Shown here: positions 49,487-59,955 of the stretch, piece after piece
Layout: the number at the start of each line of letters is the position of its first letter
Numbering within the stretch: position 1 is the first letter of the stretch
Origin: Thermoanaerobaculia bacterium
Lineage (GTDB): Bacteria > Acidobacteriota > Thermoanaerobaculia > Multivoradales > Multivoraceae
Reading direction: 5' to 3'
Assembly: GCA_963664405.1 (NCBI GenBank)
Contig: OY761158.1
Coordinates: 352,001-416,000, forward strand
Length of the DNA stretch: 64,000 nt
Program-made: the position numbers and the translations under genes
Notes under the pieces: model-generated
What the model was told of the DNA's origin: nothing
Database searches by the model: none
Seen by the model: the letters and a program-made list of their open reading frames with translations, nothing else

Positions 49487-51461
49487 AAGAGGTGACAGGG
49501 AAAACTATACCAAATGCGGGCAGGGCTATGCTAGCTCTAAACCTTGCAAACAAGGCGCGTACCGGAGGATTATGCGGTGGCTGAAGAAGGGGGCAGTGGT
49601 ATGGTCACCCCAGATACTGGAAACTTATTTCCGCGCCGACCCTAAGCGTATTCAGGGTCTTGCATTCGGGCGGTTAGGACTCATTAGCATGTTGGCAGGG
49701 CCGGGCGCCGGAGTGGGGCTTGTGAACTCTACGTGCACGTGGAACAGCTCGGTGTTTCCGCACCGTATCAGCTCCCGCCACTCGATCTCCGAGCCAAGCT
49801 CGCGTGACGTCAGCGTCGCCCACTTCGTGGCGGGGCGCTTTCTTCTTGGGCAGCGCTGCACTTCCCGCCACCTCCACATCCTTGTATCCATAGGCGGCCT
49901 TCCTGAGGCACAGTAATGCGAAACGCCGAACAGCCCGATGACGTGCCCATGCTACGCCCTATGGCACCGCCCGGCCTATCGCTTGGGGCCGGTGCTACAC
50001 TGGCATCCACTTTGGGTCTTGTTCTCCTCGCCTTCGTCTATCTCGCCACCGTCCTCGTCCTCACCGCGGCTCTACGACTCTCCGGGACTCAGCTCTCCAC
50101 GCCGCACGCGCTCATTCTCGGCGCCCTTCCCCTAGCTTTCACGTTTCAGGGCTTTCTGCCAGGCCGCACACTCTCGCCGACCCCCCTGCTCCTCGGTGTC
50201 GCTCCGTGGGCGGAGGAAAGTGCGGTGGCGGCAGCAGAGGCCCGATCCTCCCCCCGCAACCCCCTTCTCTTAGATCCCATGAGCCAGATGATCCCCTGGC
50301 GGCGTGCCGCCAGGGACGATCTCCTATTCAACCCAGCACAGGGGGGCGGGGCGGCGTTGCTCGGCAACGCTCAGTCCGCGCTGCTCTTCCCCAGCGAGCT
50401 GGTAAGCCGCTTGTTGACGCCGTTCCGCGCAGTCACCTACAGCCAAGCAGCGCGCCTCCTGATCGCCGCTTTCGGCATGTTTCTTCTCGCGAGTAACCTT
50501 GACTTTTCTCCCTTGTCCGCCCTAATTGGCGCGACGGTCTTTGTCTCTTCGGGTTTCCTGCAGCTTTGGCGGCTCCACCCACATTCGCTTGTGGCAGCGA
50601 TGCTACCCTGGGTTCTTGCGGCCGGCGTGGCTCTGTGGCGGAAGCCGGGGCCGCGGACAGCCGTTCTCCTTGCCCTTGCCGGCACTACGGCATTCTTCGG
50701 TGGGCACCCCGAGACCCTTCTTCATGGGCTCCTCTTCGCCGCTGTGACGGTCCCACTGCTCGCCACCTGGCGGCCCCGGGTCGGTTCGGCGTCAGATGAG
50801 GATAGCCACCGCTGCCGAAAGCGCTCGGCGTGGAGCGCAGCTTCTTGCGCGTTGGCAGTGTTGATGGCCGCGCCGGCCTTGCTCGCAGTGGTGGAGAATC
50901 TGCGCGTATCGGCAGAGTGGGAGCTTCAGCGGGAAGCACGACGTGCCCAGATCGAGGTGCCGTTGCAATCGGCTCTCGAGCGCCTACGCCCCGTCGCGGC
51001 GCTCTTGGCCCTCGGTGATCCGTTGGACGAAAGCTTTGCTGGGCCCGACAACCTGGCCGAACTTGGCGGAGGCGCCCTCGGCGCTGGCGCCCTGACCCTC
51101 GTCCTCGTCGGCTGTGTCGGCAACCGCTGGCGCCACGGTGCCTCGCTAGCGCTGGTGGGAGCGGCAGGCCTCCTCTTCGCCGTCCACATGCCGCTGGTGA
51201 GCGCACCCCTGGCCTGGGTGCCGCTGCTACGGGACACTCTTCTCAAGCGCCTATGCTTGTGGTGGGTCGTGGCCGGTTCCCTGCTGGCCGCCGCTGGTGT
51301 CGATAAAGTCAGGAGATCGCAGTCCGGCTGGTCAATACTGGCAGTACCCGGTGCCTCCCTTCTCATTACTGCCATCGTTGTCCTGGCCAGCTCGGAGACC
51401 TCCAGCGTAATCAAGCGCCGGATCTGGGTCATCGAGGGAGGCGGCGTTCTTCTCGCGCTAG

Positions 51462-53015
51462 GAGTCTGCGCGGCAGAAACGGAGTGTTTAGTGAAGAGAT
51501 CGAAGACGGAGTAGAGTTGTGGCATGCCAACGTCATTTCGTCCGTATGCCCCGGATCAGCTGTATCTGTTAGCTCCGAGCCCTCGTGACTGGTTGCCGGA
51601 GGGTCACTTGGTGTACTTCATCTCCGAGACGGTGGAGGCGCTGGATCTGTCGTCGTTCTACGCTCGTTACGAGGGGGATGGTCGTCGGAATCAGCCGTTC
51701 GATCCTCGGATGATGGTGAAGGTTTTGCTGTATGCGTATGCGACGGGGACGTATTCGTCGCGTGGCATCGCGCGCAAGCTCGAGGAGGACGTGGCCTATC
51801 GTTTTCTGGCGGCGGGCAACTCTCCGGCGCATCGCACGATTTGTGAGTTTCGTCAGCTTCATTTGGCGGCCTTCCACGCACTGTTCGTGCAGGTGGTGCA
51901 GATCGCGCGTGAGGCCGGGGTGTTGCGTCTGGGGACGTTGGTGGTGGACGGTACGAAGGTCAAGGCCAACGCGAGCAAGCGCAAGTCGATGAGCTACGGT
52001 CGAATGCTGGAGGAGGAGAAGCGTCTGGAGGAGGAGATCGCCGCGCTGATGGCGCAGGCCGAGGCGGTGGATACGGCTGAGGATGCCGAGCATGGAGCGC
52101 AGCTGCGCGGCGATGAGCTGCCGGCCGAGCTGCAACGGCGCGAGCAGCGCTTGGCGAAGATCCAGGAGGCGAAGGCGCGCCTCGAGGCGCGCCAGGCCGA
52201 GAAGGACCGCGCGCGCGGCCGTACGGAGGATGACGACGACGATCCGCCTCGTCGCGGACGCCCCTTCGCGCGCGATTTCGGTGTTCCGGAGGACCGGGCC
52301 CAAGACAACTTCACCGATCCGCAGAGTCGGATCATGAAAACGGTCCATGGCTACGATCAGTGCTACAACGGCCAGTTGGCGGTGGAGGAAGAGTCGCAGA
52401 TGATCGTCTCGACGAGCCTGACGAACAACGCCGCGGACGTGGACCAGATGATGCCGTTGCTCTCCCGGGCGAAGGCGGCGCTGGGGGAGGATCCCGAGCA
52501 GGTCTTGGCGGACGCGGGGTATCGCAGCGAGGCGACATTCCTCGAACTCGAGGAGCGAAGCATTGACGCTCACATCTCCTTGGGTCGAGAGGGAAAGAAG
52601 TGGGAAGTGAGTACGCAGCTCGAAGCGTCTCACCGCATGCAGATCAAACTCGCCAGCGAGGCCGGCAAGCAACGCTACCGACGGCGCAAGGCGGTCGTGG
52701 AACCGGTGATCGGGTGGATCAAAGAGGTGCTGGGCTTCCGACGATTCAGCCTCCGGGGCCAAGACAATGTCGGCCACGAGTGGGATCTGGTGTGTCTGGC
52801 CGTCAACTTGAAGCGCTTCCACGTCCTCCAAGCGGCTTCATGAGCCGCTCCGGGCCATGCCACCGAGTTAGAGCTCACTATACGACCCGCATCGCGCTTC
52901 CTGACGCCTCGTCAGGCTTGCTCAACGCACTCTCCGCCATCCGAAACCCAATGCGGCGTCCATTCTGCAGCGCGATCGAAGCTTCACCGTACCCGCACTC
53001 CTGCCGCGCAGACTC
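51462..53015 (+). mobile_element. IS1182-family insertion sequence, copy 2
   Basis: Same TIRs and length as copy 1; CTAG duplication at 51458-51461 and 53016-53019. Confidence 0.93.
51524..52843 (+). CDS. IS1182-family DDE transposase
   Basis: Translation identical to 26498-27817. Confidence 0.93.
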   Translation: MPTSFRPYAPDQLYLLAPSPRDWLPEGHLVYFISETVEALDLSSFYARYEGDGRRNQPFDPRMMVKVLLYAYATGTYSSRGIARKLEEDVAYRFLAAGNSPAHRTICEFRQLHLAAFHALFVQVVQIAREAGVLRLGTLVVDGTKVKANASKRKSMSYGRMLEEEKRLEEEIAALMAQAEAVDTAEDAEHGAQLRGDELPAELQRREQRLAKIQEAKARLEARQAEKDRARGRTEDDDDDPPRRGRPFARDFGVPEDRAQDNFTDPQSRIMKTVHGYDQCYNGQLAVEEESQMIVSTSLTNNAADVDQMMPLLSRAKAALGEDPEQVLADAGYRSEATFLELEERSIDAHISLGREGKKWEVSTQLEASHRMQIKLASEAGKQRYRRRKAVVEPVIGWIKEVLGFRRFSLRGQDNVGHEWDLVCLAVNLKRFHVLQAAS

Positions 53016-54158
53016 CTAGCCGCGCTTACCCTGTTTACTCTTGCGAACGCCCCAGAGACCACTTCCAGGCTCCGACGATATGGTTCAGCCGCGGCAATCC
53101 TCCTTGCGCTCGTCCTTCCCCGGGCGATCCTCTTCTCTGGGTGGGTACCGGTCACGGGGCCTGACAGCTTCTACCCGGACACCTCAGCGGTAAAGGTGGT
53201 GAAAGAGATGCTCTCCAAGCAGGACCCAGCCGGCTACCGAGTCTCTGGCGTAGGCGGGAGTCTGCTGCCTCAGTCAGCCGCATTCTTTAGTCTGGAGGAA
53301 ATCAGGGCCTACGATCCGATCACCTTCATGCCCTATGATCGATTCCTTGAGGCCGTCGGAGAGCATGGGCGACCTGGGTGGGTGAACATTCTTGACCCCA
53401 CGCTACCGGCCCTTGCCTTCCTCGGAGTGCGCTATATCTTCGACCAGCCGCAGCCTCCACGCCGGCTTCGCCGTCTCGAGCGTGAGCGCCGAGGCTTCGC
53501 CGACATCGTTTACCGCGGTCACGACGCCGTCGTCTGGGAAAGGCCAGACGCATTACCCAGGGTCTTCTTCCCGCATCGGCTGTTGATTGAGCCCGACACA
53601 AACGCTGCACTCCGGCAAGCAAGGCAACTGGAGGACTTCGCCGCCGTTGCCGTCGTGGATCGCCCGGCGGAGGCATCCTCAGCAGACTCAGGTGCCTCGG
53701 AGGCAGGCGCTCTGGTGAAACCACAGTCCGAAGACGCCGCTATAGAGAACCAGGGGGCAACCGTCGAGGATCTCACGGTCGGCCGCGGGTACCTCCATGC
53801 TCGGGTCTGGGCGCCGTCTCCAGCTATCTTGGCATCGAGTCAGCCCGCGATACCCGGCTGGGAGCTCAAGATCGACGGCCGCCGGAGCGGGCAACACCTG
53901 CGCAGGATCAACGGCGCCTTTCTCGGAGTCGCGATCCCCAGCGGCTCATCGGATGTTGTGCTCCACTACGCGCCGCGGTCTTGGCACCTCGGCCTCACTC
54001 TGGCCCTAACCGGCGGGCTCTGCTGCGCTTTTCTCTGGCGATCTCCCTCTCGGGTTCGGTCCCGAGCTGCTCTTTCCGGGGCGCGTCTTCATTAGCCCAA
54101 TGGAAAGAAGTCTAGGCGTGGGGGCAGGGAGAAGGACAAGCGCTGGCCGGGCTACCAG

Positions 54159-54416
54159 TGGTGGCCGAAGATCATTTCCTTCTTGGGCTACGATCCGATT
54201 CCAACCTCAGAGGACATGCCGAGCCGATTGAAGACGGTTCGAAGAAGGCTCGGTATCTCGCAGAAGAAGCTCGCGAGCATCCTCGACGTTGATCCCGCGA
54301 CGATGAGGAGGTGGGAGCTTGGAAAAGGAGCACCGATGGAGTGGCGAGGTGACGAGCTACGGGTTCTATTCGAGCGAGCCGAACTCACACTCCCCAGGAA
54401 ACGAGAGTCGCAATGA
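54159..54416 (+). pseudogene. XRE-family HTH protein, 3' remnant (copy 2)
   Basis: WWPKIISFLGYDPIPTSEDMPSRLKTVRRRLGISQKKLAS; diverged direct repeat of 43945-44184. Confidence 0.7.
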
Positions 54417-54513
54417 TCCCAACAAGTGGGTGAAGGATTCGAGTACCCGCCGTAGGAGCCTGCTTCCTAGGCGGCTGTGTCGGCATCTCGGTCTCCTTCA
54501 GAAGAACGTAGCT

Positions 54514-56227
54514 AGTTCTCGTCCGGAATCGTGTAAGTTGTTTTGCGTCAGTGGCTTGCGAGGGAGGCAGGGCTGGTAATTCTCCGCGGAGCTTGATAGA
54601 GTCTAGGTGACGAAACCGTTGATTCTAAATAGCTTACGCCGAGAAGGAGCCAGCCCGAGATGCGACAAGCCGTCAGTATTCAGCCTGATCTCACCGAAAA
54701 GTGGCTCGATCTGGACCATGCCAAAGAACTCGAAGCGATCTCTCGCCTCCTCGACAGGGATCCTAGAATCTACGAGCTTGCGTGGCAAGACCTGCAGCTA
54801 CAGGCTGGAGGCAAAGGCCAGAGCACCGGGGCGCGAGGCATGTCGGGCGAGCAGGTGGTCCGGGCCCTGATCGTGAAGCAGATGGGCGGTTTCAGTTATT
54901 CGGAGCTCGCCTTCCACCTTGAGGATTCCCGTAGCTACCGGACCTTCTGCCGCCTCGGCCTCGTCGGGTGGACGCCGAAGAAGTCGACGCTGGCCCAGAA
55001 CATCAAGGCACTGACGTGCGCCACCCTGGAGGCGATTCACAAGCGAATCGTGGCCCTGGCACTCGACACGGGAGTGGAGCGAGGCAACAGAGTCCGGGTG
55101 GACGCCACCGTGGTGGAGTCCAACATCCATCATCCGACCGACTCCGAGCTGCTCTGGGATTGCGTTCGGGTGCTTACCCGATTGCTCGCAAGGGCGCGAG
55201 GCCTGCTGGGCAGCGAGCACTTCTCGTTCCGCGACCGATCGCGGCAAGCCAAGAGGCGGCGCAAGAAGATCAACGACTCGCGCACCAAGGATATGCGGCT
55301 CCAGCCCTACCGCGACCTGATCCAGATCACCGAGAAAGTCCAAGATTCAGCCAAGGCGGCCCGGAATGTGCTCGCCAAGCAGGGGCCTTCCCAGGAATCC
55401 GGCGCCCGTGGACTCCTCGAGGAGCTCGACTGTTTCCTCGAGCGCACCGCCACGGTCATCGACCCGACACGCCGTAGAATTCTCGACGGCGAAACGGTCC
55501 CCGCGAGCGAGAAGATCGTCTCGATCTTCGAGGAGCACACCGCGATCATTCGCAAAGACGCCAGAGAAACGCTCTACGGCCACAAGGTCTGCCTCACCGC
55601 CGGCTCCTCGTCCCTTGTCCTGGATCTCGTGATCCTCCAGGGAAACCCGCCCGACTCCAGCCTCGCCACGACCATGGTCCAGCGCCACATCGCCAACCAT
55701 AGCCAACCCCCGCGCCAGATCGCCTTCGACGGCGGGTTCGCCTCCAAAGCCAATCTCGAAGAGATCAAGCAGATGGGAGTGCACGATGTCGTCTTCAGCA
55801 AGGGCCGGGGCCTTCAGGTCAGTGACATGGCCCAGAGCTCCTGGGTCTACAAGCGGCTGCGCGACTTTCGCGCCGGTATCGAAGGCATCATCTCCTTTCT
55901 CAAACGCGCCTTTGGACTCAAGCGATGCACTTGGAGATCCTGGCCTTCCTTCCAGAGCTACGCTTGGGCGAGTGTGATCACCAGCAACCTCCTCGTCACC
56001 GCAAGGCACCTCATCAACTGAAATAGGGCATCGCACACCGTTCGATTCACCCCCAGCACTGCTGGAGAAACGGAGCACCAACCCCGCAATACGCCGTCAA
56101 AGCAGCCGAGCCTTCCTGATCCAGCGAACCAGGTACAGAAAACCTGGAATCGCACGCAACAGGCCTCGAAAAAAAGCTCGATGAGACCCGGACACCACTC
56201 TATTTCGTCCGTTTCCGGACGCGATCT
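54514..56227 (+). mobile_element. ISNCY-type insertion sequence
   Basis: IR agttctcgtccggaatcg / cgtttccggacgcgatct; TAGCTAG occurs at both junctions once the IS110 is removed. Confidence 0.8.
54660..56021 (+). CDS. ISNCY-family DDE transposase
   Basis: ELAFHLEDSRSYRTF, VDATVVESNIHHPTDS, YGHK, FDGGFAS, FRAGIEGIIS. Confidence 0.85.
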   Translation: MRQAVSIQPDLTEKWLDLDHAKELEAISRLLDRDPRIYELAWQDLQLQAGGKGQSTGARGMSGEQVVRALIVKQMGGFSYSELAFHLEDSRSYRTFCRLGLVGWTPKKSTLAQNIKALTCATLEAIHKRIVALALDTGVERGNRVRVDATVVESNIHHPTDSELLWDCVRVLTRLLARARGLLGSEHFSFRDRSRQAKRRRKKINDSRTKDMRLQPYRDLIQITEKVQDSAKAARNVLAKQGPSQESGARGLLEELDCFLERTATVIDPTRRRILDGETVPASEKIVSIFEEHTAIIRKDARETLYGHKVCLTAGSSSLVLDLVILQGNPPDSSLATTMVQRHIANHSQPPRQIAFDGGFASKANLEEIKQMGVHDVVFSKGRGLQVSDMAQSSWVYKRLRDFRAGIEGIISFLKRAFGLKRCTWRSWPSFQSYAWASVITSNLLVTARHLIN

Positions 56228-56228
56228 C

Positions 56229-57635
56229 CTAAGTAACTTCCTCTGTCTGTAGCGAGCCGCGATCGAGCGGCAGAAGGGAGAAGCCGAGACGTTTAGCGTT
56301 GCGTTTGAGGTTCTTGAGGACACGTTTTCGATACTCGGTCTCGTAGTAGTCCTGTGACTTCGCAGCGTACTCGGTTCCGTATCGGAGCATCGAGTAGATG
56401 ATGCGTGCGAGCTTGTGAGCGGTTGCGGTGATGGCCTCCGGTCTTCCGATCTGACCCTTCTTGCGACGGAGAAAGGCGCCGAGAGAGCTGTGCGAGTTAT
56501 GCAGGCCATTCGCGGCGAATCGCAGGGCGGAGGCAGCCCGATTCGCCGAGGCTTTCGAGCGACTACTCAGCTGCTTGCCGCCGGTGATCTTGCTCCCGGG
56601 ACAGAGCCCGAGCCACGACGCGAAATGCTTCGAGTTGGGCCATCGAGTCATGTCGAGTCCGATCTCACCGATGACTTTCAGTGCCGTGTGCGCCTGAATT
56701 CCCTCGATCGCTGTGAGGTCGACCCCTGTCATGCGGAACAGATGAGAGCGCGCATCGAAGCCCAACCCGGTCCGGGTCTGCTTCTCCTTGGCCTTCTTCG
56801 GTGGGGTTTGTCCGCCCGATTGGTCTTCGAAACCTTCGAGGTAGGTCTCGATCTTCTGGTCGCACTCGCCGACTTTCTGGTGGTAGATATCGAAAAGCTC
56901 CACCGCCTGCCGGAGCTCGAAGAGATGTTCTTCACGCCAATGACCTTCCAGCGCCTTGGCGATCGTCGCCTCGCTGTTCTTGCATCGACCATCTCGCATC
57001 TGGGCCAATCGTTTTGGATCCTGCTCACCCTCGAGAATCGCTCGGATGATCCGCATCCCGGTCGCCCCCGTGATGTCGCTGACCACATGCTGGAGTTTGA
57101 TGTTCATCTGGGTCATCGCCTTTTGCATGTGTTGAATATGCTGGCCTGCGTACGAGACCAGCATCGCGCGCTGTCGCAGGTAGCTGCGCAGAACACAGAT
57201 TTGATCGTCCGGCCGAAACGCTCCCCCCAACAGCCCAAAGGTGTGCAGCTGCTGAAGCCATTGGCAATCCAGCACGTCGCTCTTGCGACCAGGAACCTGG
57301 CGAAGACGATGAGGGTCGACCAACTTCACCTCGAAACCCCGCTCCTCGAGCACCTCCATCAATGGAATCCAGTACACACCCGTCGACTCCATCACCACCG
57401 TGTCGATCCCACACGCCAGAAGATGCTCGGCCAGCGAGTACAGATCCGCCGTGAACGCTCCGAACTTCCGAACCGGCTGCGAATCCCGGTCTTCGGGCAC
57501 CGCCACCCAATGCTCCGTCGCTCCGATATCGATCCCGGCAGCATTCAGGTTGACCTGCTCAAGGCTTGCCGGCAGCTGGGATCGACGGCGCTTCGAATCA
57601 CCCGCCGACCGACGACGCTCTTTCTTCCGAGACAT
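56229..57635 (-). CDS. IS110-family DEDD recombinase
   Basis: GIDIG, VMESTGVYW, KSDVLD, GLCPG..TGG, ATAHKLAR; ATG 57635 with RBS gaggagg. Confidence 0.92.
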   Translation of the reverse strand: MSRKKERRRSAGDSKRRRSQLPASLEQVNLNAAGIDIGATEHWVAVPEDRDSQPVRKFGAFTADLYSLAEHLLACGIDTVVMESTGVYWIPLMEVLEERGFEVKLVDPHRLRQVPGRKSDVLDCQWLQQLHTFGLLGGAFRPDDQICVLRSYLRQRAMLVSYAGQHIQHMQKAMTQMNIKLQHVVSDITGATGMRIIRAILEGEQDPKRLAQMRDGRCKNSEATIAKALEGHWREEHLFELRQAVELFDIYHQKVGECDQKIETYLEGFEDQSGGQTPPKKAKEKQTRTGLGFDARSHLFRMTGVDLTAIEGIQAHTALKVIGEIGLDMTRWPNSKHFASWLGLCPGSKITGGKQLSSRSKASANRAASALRFAANGLHNSHSSLGAFLRRKKGQIGRPEAITATAHKLARIIYSMLRYGTEYAAKSQDYYETEYRKRVLKNLKRNAKRLGFSLLPLDRGSLQTEEVT

Positions 57636-57644
57636 ACATCCTCC

Positions 57645-57877
57645 TCTTGTGCGCAAACCGCACAGGAGTGGGAGCCGCACACTCTGGCACTCTCCTAAAC
57701 GGGATCACGATCTCTCGTGTCGCCACTGTCTTCTACGCAACGCTCCCAGGACCACGCTAGCTAACGGGCACGAAGCACCAATGCTCTTCCGGCCTTCTTC
57801 TCCCCGTGCGGTGCCAACAGAGTATCCTGACTGCGCACCGTTACTTCCCGTCTCCAAGTCGTCCCGACGTACCTACG
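57645..57877 (-). ncRNA. Candidate IS110 bridge RNA (non-coding end upstream of the recombinase)
   Basis: About 230 nt of non-coding end containing short copies of both element junctions (57754-57763, 57691-57698). Confidence 0.55.
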
Positions 57878-57889
57878 CTAGCTAGGCTC

Positions 57890-58150
57890 ATCATCTTGCT
57901 CAACTTCTGGCGGCTCTGAATCTTGAGACGACAACGGTGCTGGTCTTCGGCGAGGACGGAGAGACGCCTGCCGAGCGCTACTGGGGATTGGGCCACCGAG
58001 GCCGGGTCTTCGACGAGCAGATTCGCGTTTCCCTTGTTTCCTACGTACCAGGGAGCGACCCACGAGTCGTGGACGAGTTCGTCGAAACCGTGGATCTTCT
58101 TCCTACGTTACGTGCCGCGGTCGGGGTTCCGCCATCAGATCTCCACTGCA
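57890..58150 (+). pseudogene. Sulfatase-like C-terminal fragment
   Basis: TTVLVFGEDGE...GHRGRVFDEQIRVSL...VDEFVETVDLLPTL resembles the SDHGE...H...VPL...DIxPT region of 24315-25664. Confidence 0.6.
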
Positions 58151-58157
58151 GGGCCGG

Positions 58158-58260
58158 ATGATGGCGCGGCTCCCGGGCCATCAGGTCTTCGCCTACGCTG
58201 GACCGGTGGACGTGCGCAAGGGGTACGACAGCCTGGCGGCCCTGGTGGAGCAGGGTCTCG
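58158..58260 (+). pseudogene. IS66 accessory TnpB N-terminal fragment
   Basis: VFAYAGPVDVRKGYDSLAALVEQGL matches the PVDMRKGFDGL motif, after which similarity is lost. Confidence 0.65.
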
Positions 58261-58412
58261 ATTCGGGACGTCTTGTCCGGAGAATCTCGACTCGACCCTC
58301 CGTACCTCCGCTACATCCAGCTCCGCCACCGCTCCCTTCTCGACGAGAACGAAGCCAAAAGCGCGACTACACAGCCGGAATCGCGCGCTTTATGACCGTC
58401 GACAACAAATGG

Positions 58413-59955
58413 TTACGAGGATCCGGCATCGACAGCGAGGACCCGGCTCAGAAACTTAGCGATTTCTTCCGCGGCCAGCGCGTTGCCCGCGATATTCCAA
58501 TGCGTGTCTTGAGGTTTAAACAGCCTGGCGTCGTTCCGCCGCATGATGGGCAGGAGATCGTGATGTGCTATTCCGAGTGCCGCCAGGGCCTCGGTGAGCT
58601 TCACGTTGGGAAGGTCAAAGTCGACGTTCTCGTCGTGGTAGACCGGAAAGCGGTCGGCCAAGCGGCGCCGAAGGTCCGGGTCAACCTGGGTCTCCTCAGG
58701 AATCAACACAATAGACAGGCTAATGCCACGGCTGGAACACAGGTCGCGAATCTGGCGCATCAATTCTTCCACGATCGGAAGAACCCTCGGCAGGGTCCCA
58801 TCTTGTTTTTGAAAAATTCGGTCCCGACGCGCGAGGATTTCGAGGTGGCGGTCGGGCCCGATCGACGGCCGCTCGTCGTCATAGTGGGGCGCATTTCTGA
58901 GTTCCCGCGGATCGAAGTGCGGCGCTATGCGAGCGATGAGAGTGAGCACGATAATCGATGGGAATGTTGGCCATTCTGAGCACGGTAGGTGAGGGAAGGG
59001 TGTTTGGTCCCTCAAGTAGTGTGCTCAAGACTAGGTCCGTCGGCATCATCCCCGCCGAAGGCGGGCCGTCGGGGCCTGACGCGCAGTCCATACTTGTTCT
59101 TTCGCTGATCACGCTGAACGAGGGCTGACACGCAGCGATGGGATGAACGGCACGCTATCTGATGGGCGATCGAGGCGGTTCGCCGAGCTTCCATCGCGCT
59201 TGGGCCCCTGGTTGCGCCCTCAGATACCTTGAACGGAACACCCATTCCCACCAGACAACGTGATCGGGTTTCCTCGAATCGCCATCAAATACTGTGAACA
59301 AGACCGTCTGAGGCAAGTGGCAGCGAAACGCAGCTTCGGCTAAGTCCTTCAAAAGGCTACGCGACCATCACTTATCGTGATCGGACCGCCATCGATTATC
59401 GTGCTCACTCTCAGCGAGATAGACGATCAATGTTGCAACGAAAGAGTGCTCCCACCATTCTTGGTCAGCAAGCCACGGGCGCTCGACTTCGATGAAGTCA
59501 TTGCCGATGAAGAACGAGAGCAAGACGTGGTCAGGGTCGAGCTGCAGTCCCTCCCTCGCCAGTAGACTTAGGTACTCGTTGGGTCCTATACGGGGAATCC
59601 CCATGTTGATCACTTCGACGCCTCGCCCCAAACGCCGTTCAAGCGTACCCTCCAGCAGGGTTAGGTAGTTGTGCGCGTAAGGCACCACGCCGGTCGCGAA
59701 TGAATCTCCTAGAGCGACAATGCGGTAGTCCCTCTTGGGGCTCTCGGGCTCGAGATCGTGAAAACCGAGTGAGTTGACGCGAAAGCCGTAGAACACCGTG
59801 TCAGGTGAGAGTCTGAAGCGATGGTCATCATCAGAGAAAAAGACAAAGCTGGGTCTTCGCCAATGAACGATTCTAAGAGCCAGCTCCGAGACACCCAAGC
59901 TCAAAGCCAACATGGCCAGCACTTTGGTCAGTGTAGCTAGTCGCCCAAGTGCCAT
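58413..59955 (-). pseudogene. SGNH hydrolase (AlgX/AlgJ-like) interrupted by a MITE
   Basis: N-half ELALR, NSLGF, LGDSFA, FFIGND; C-half LIP, DTHWNIAGN; removing the insert gives VYLARIAP in frame. Confidence 0.85.
58937..59413. mobile_element. 477-bp non-autonomous element (MITE)
   Basis: Perfect 25-bp TIR tgagagtgagcacgataatcgatgg; 4-bp duplication GCGA at 58933-58936 and 59414-59417; no transposase inside. Confidence 0.88.

Larger units (their letters stand above)
44307..49642 (-). mobile_element. ISAzo13-family element interrupted by an IS21-type element
   Basis: TIR gggtcggcgcggaaataa / ttatttccgcgccgaccc; 3-bp TAA duplication at 44304-44306 and 49643-49645. Confidence 0.9.
49916..54095 (+). 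pseudogene. YfhO-family membrane protein interrupted by IS1182
   Basis: Multi-TM N-half (FNP..GGG.ALLGNAQS, GHPET); removing the IS and one CTAG restores the frame LALAALTL...FYPDT...AYDP...PGW...NGAFLGV. Confidence 0.85.
56226..57879 (-). mobile_element. IS110-family element inserted at the ISNCY right terminal repeat
   Basis: No TIRs; flanked by a repeated CT (56226-56227, 57878-57879) whose collapse rebuilds gcgatCTagctag. Confidence 0.8.

Noticed and set aside
54426-54442. gtgggtgaaggattcga resembles the reverse complement of a tRNA 3' end (possible att site)
   Set aside because: Too short, no cloverleaf, no second copy and no site-specific integrase in the window.
58261-58979. Remainder of the 273-aa ORF 58158-58979 as a full IS66 gene
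   Set aside because: Only the first 34 or so codons resemble TnpB; most of the rest is antisense to the SGNH fragment.
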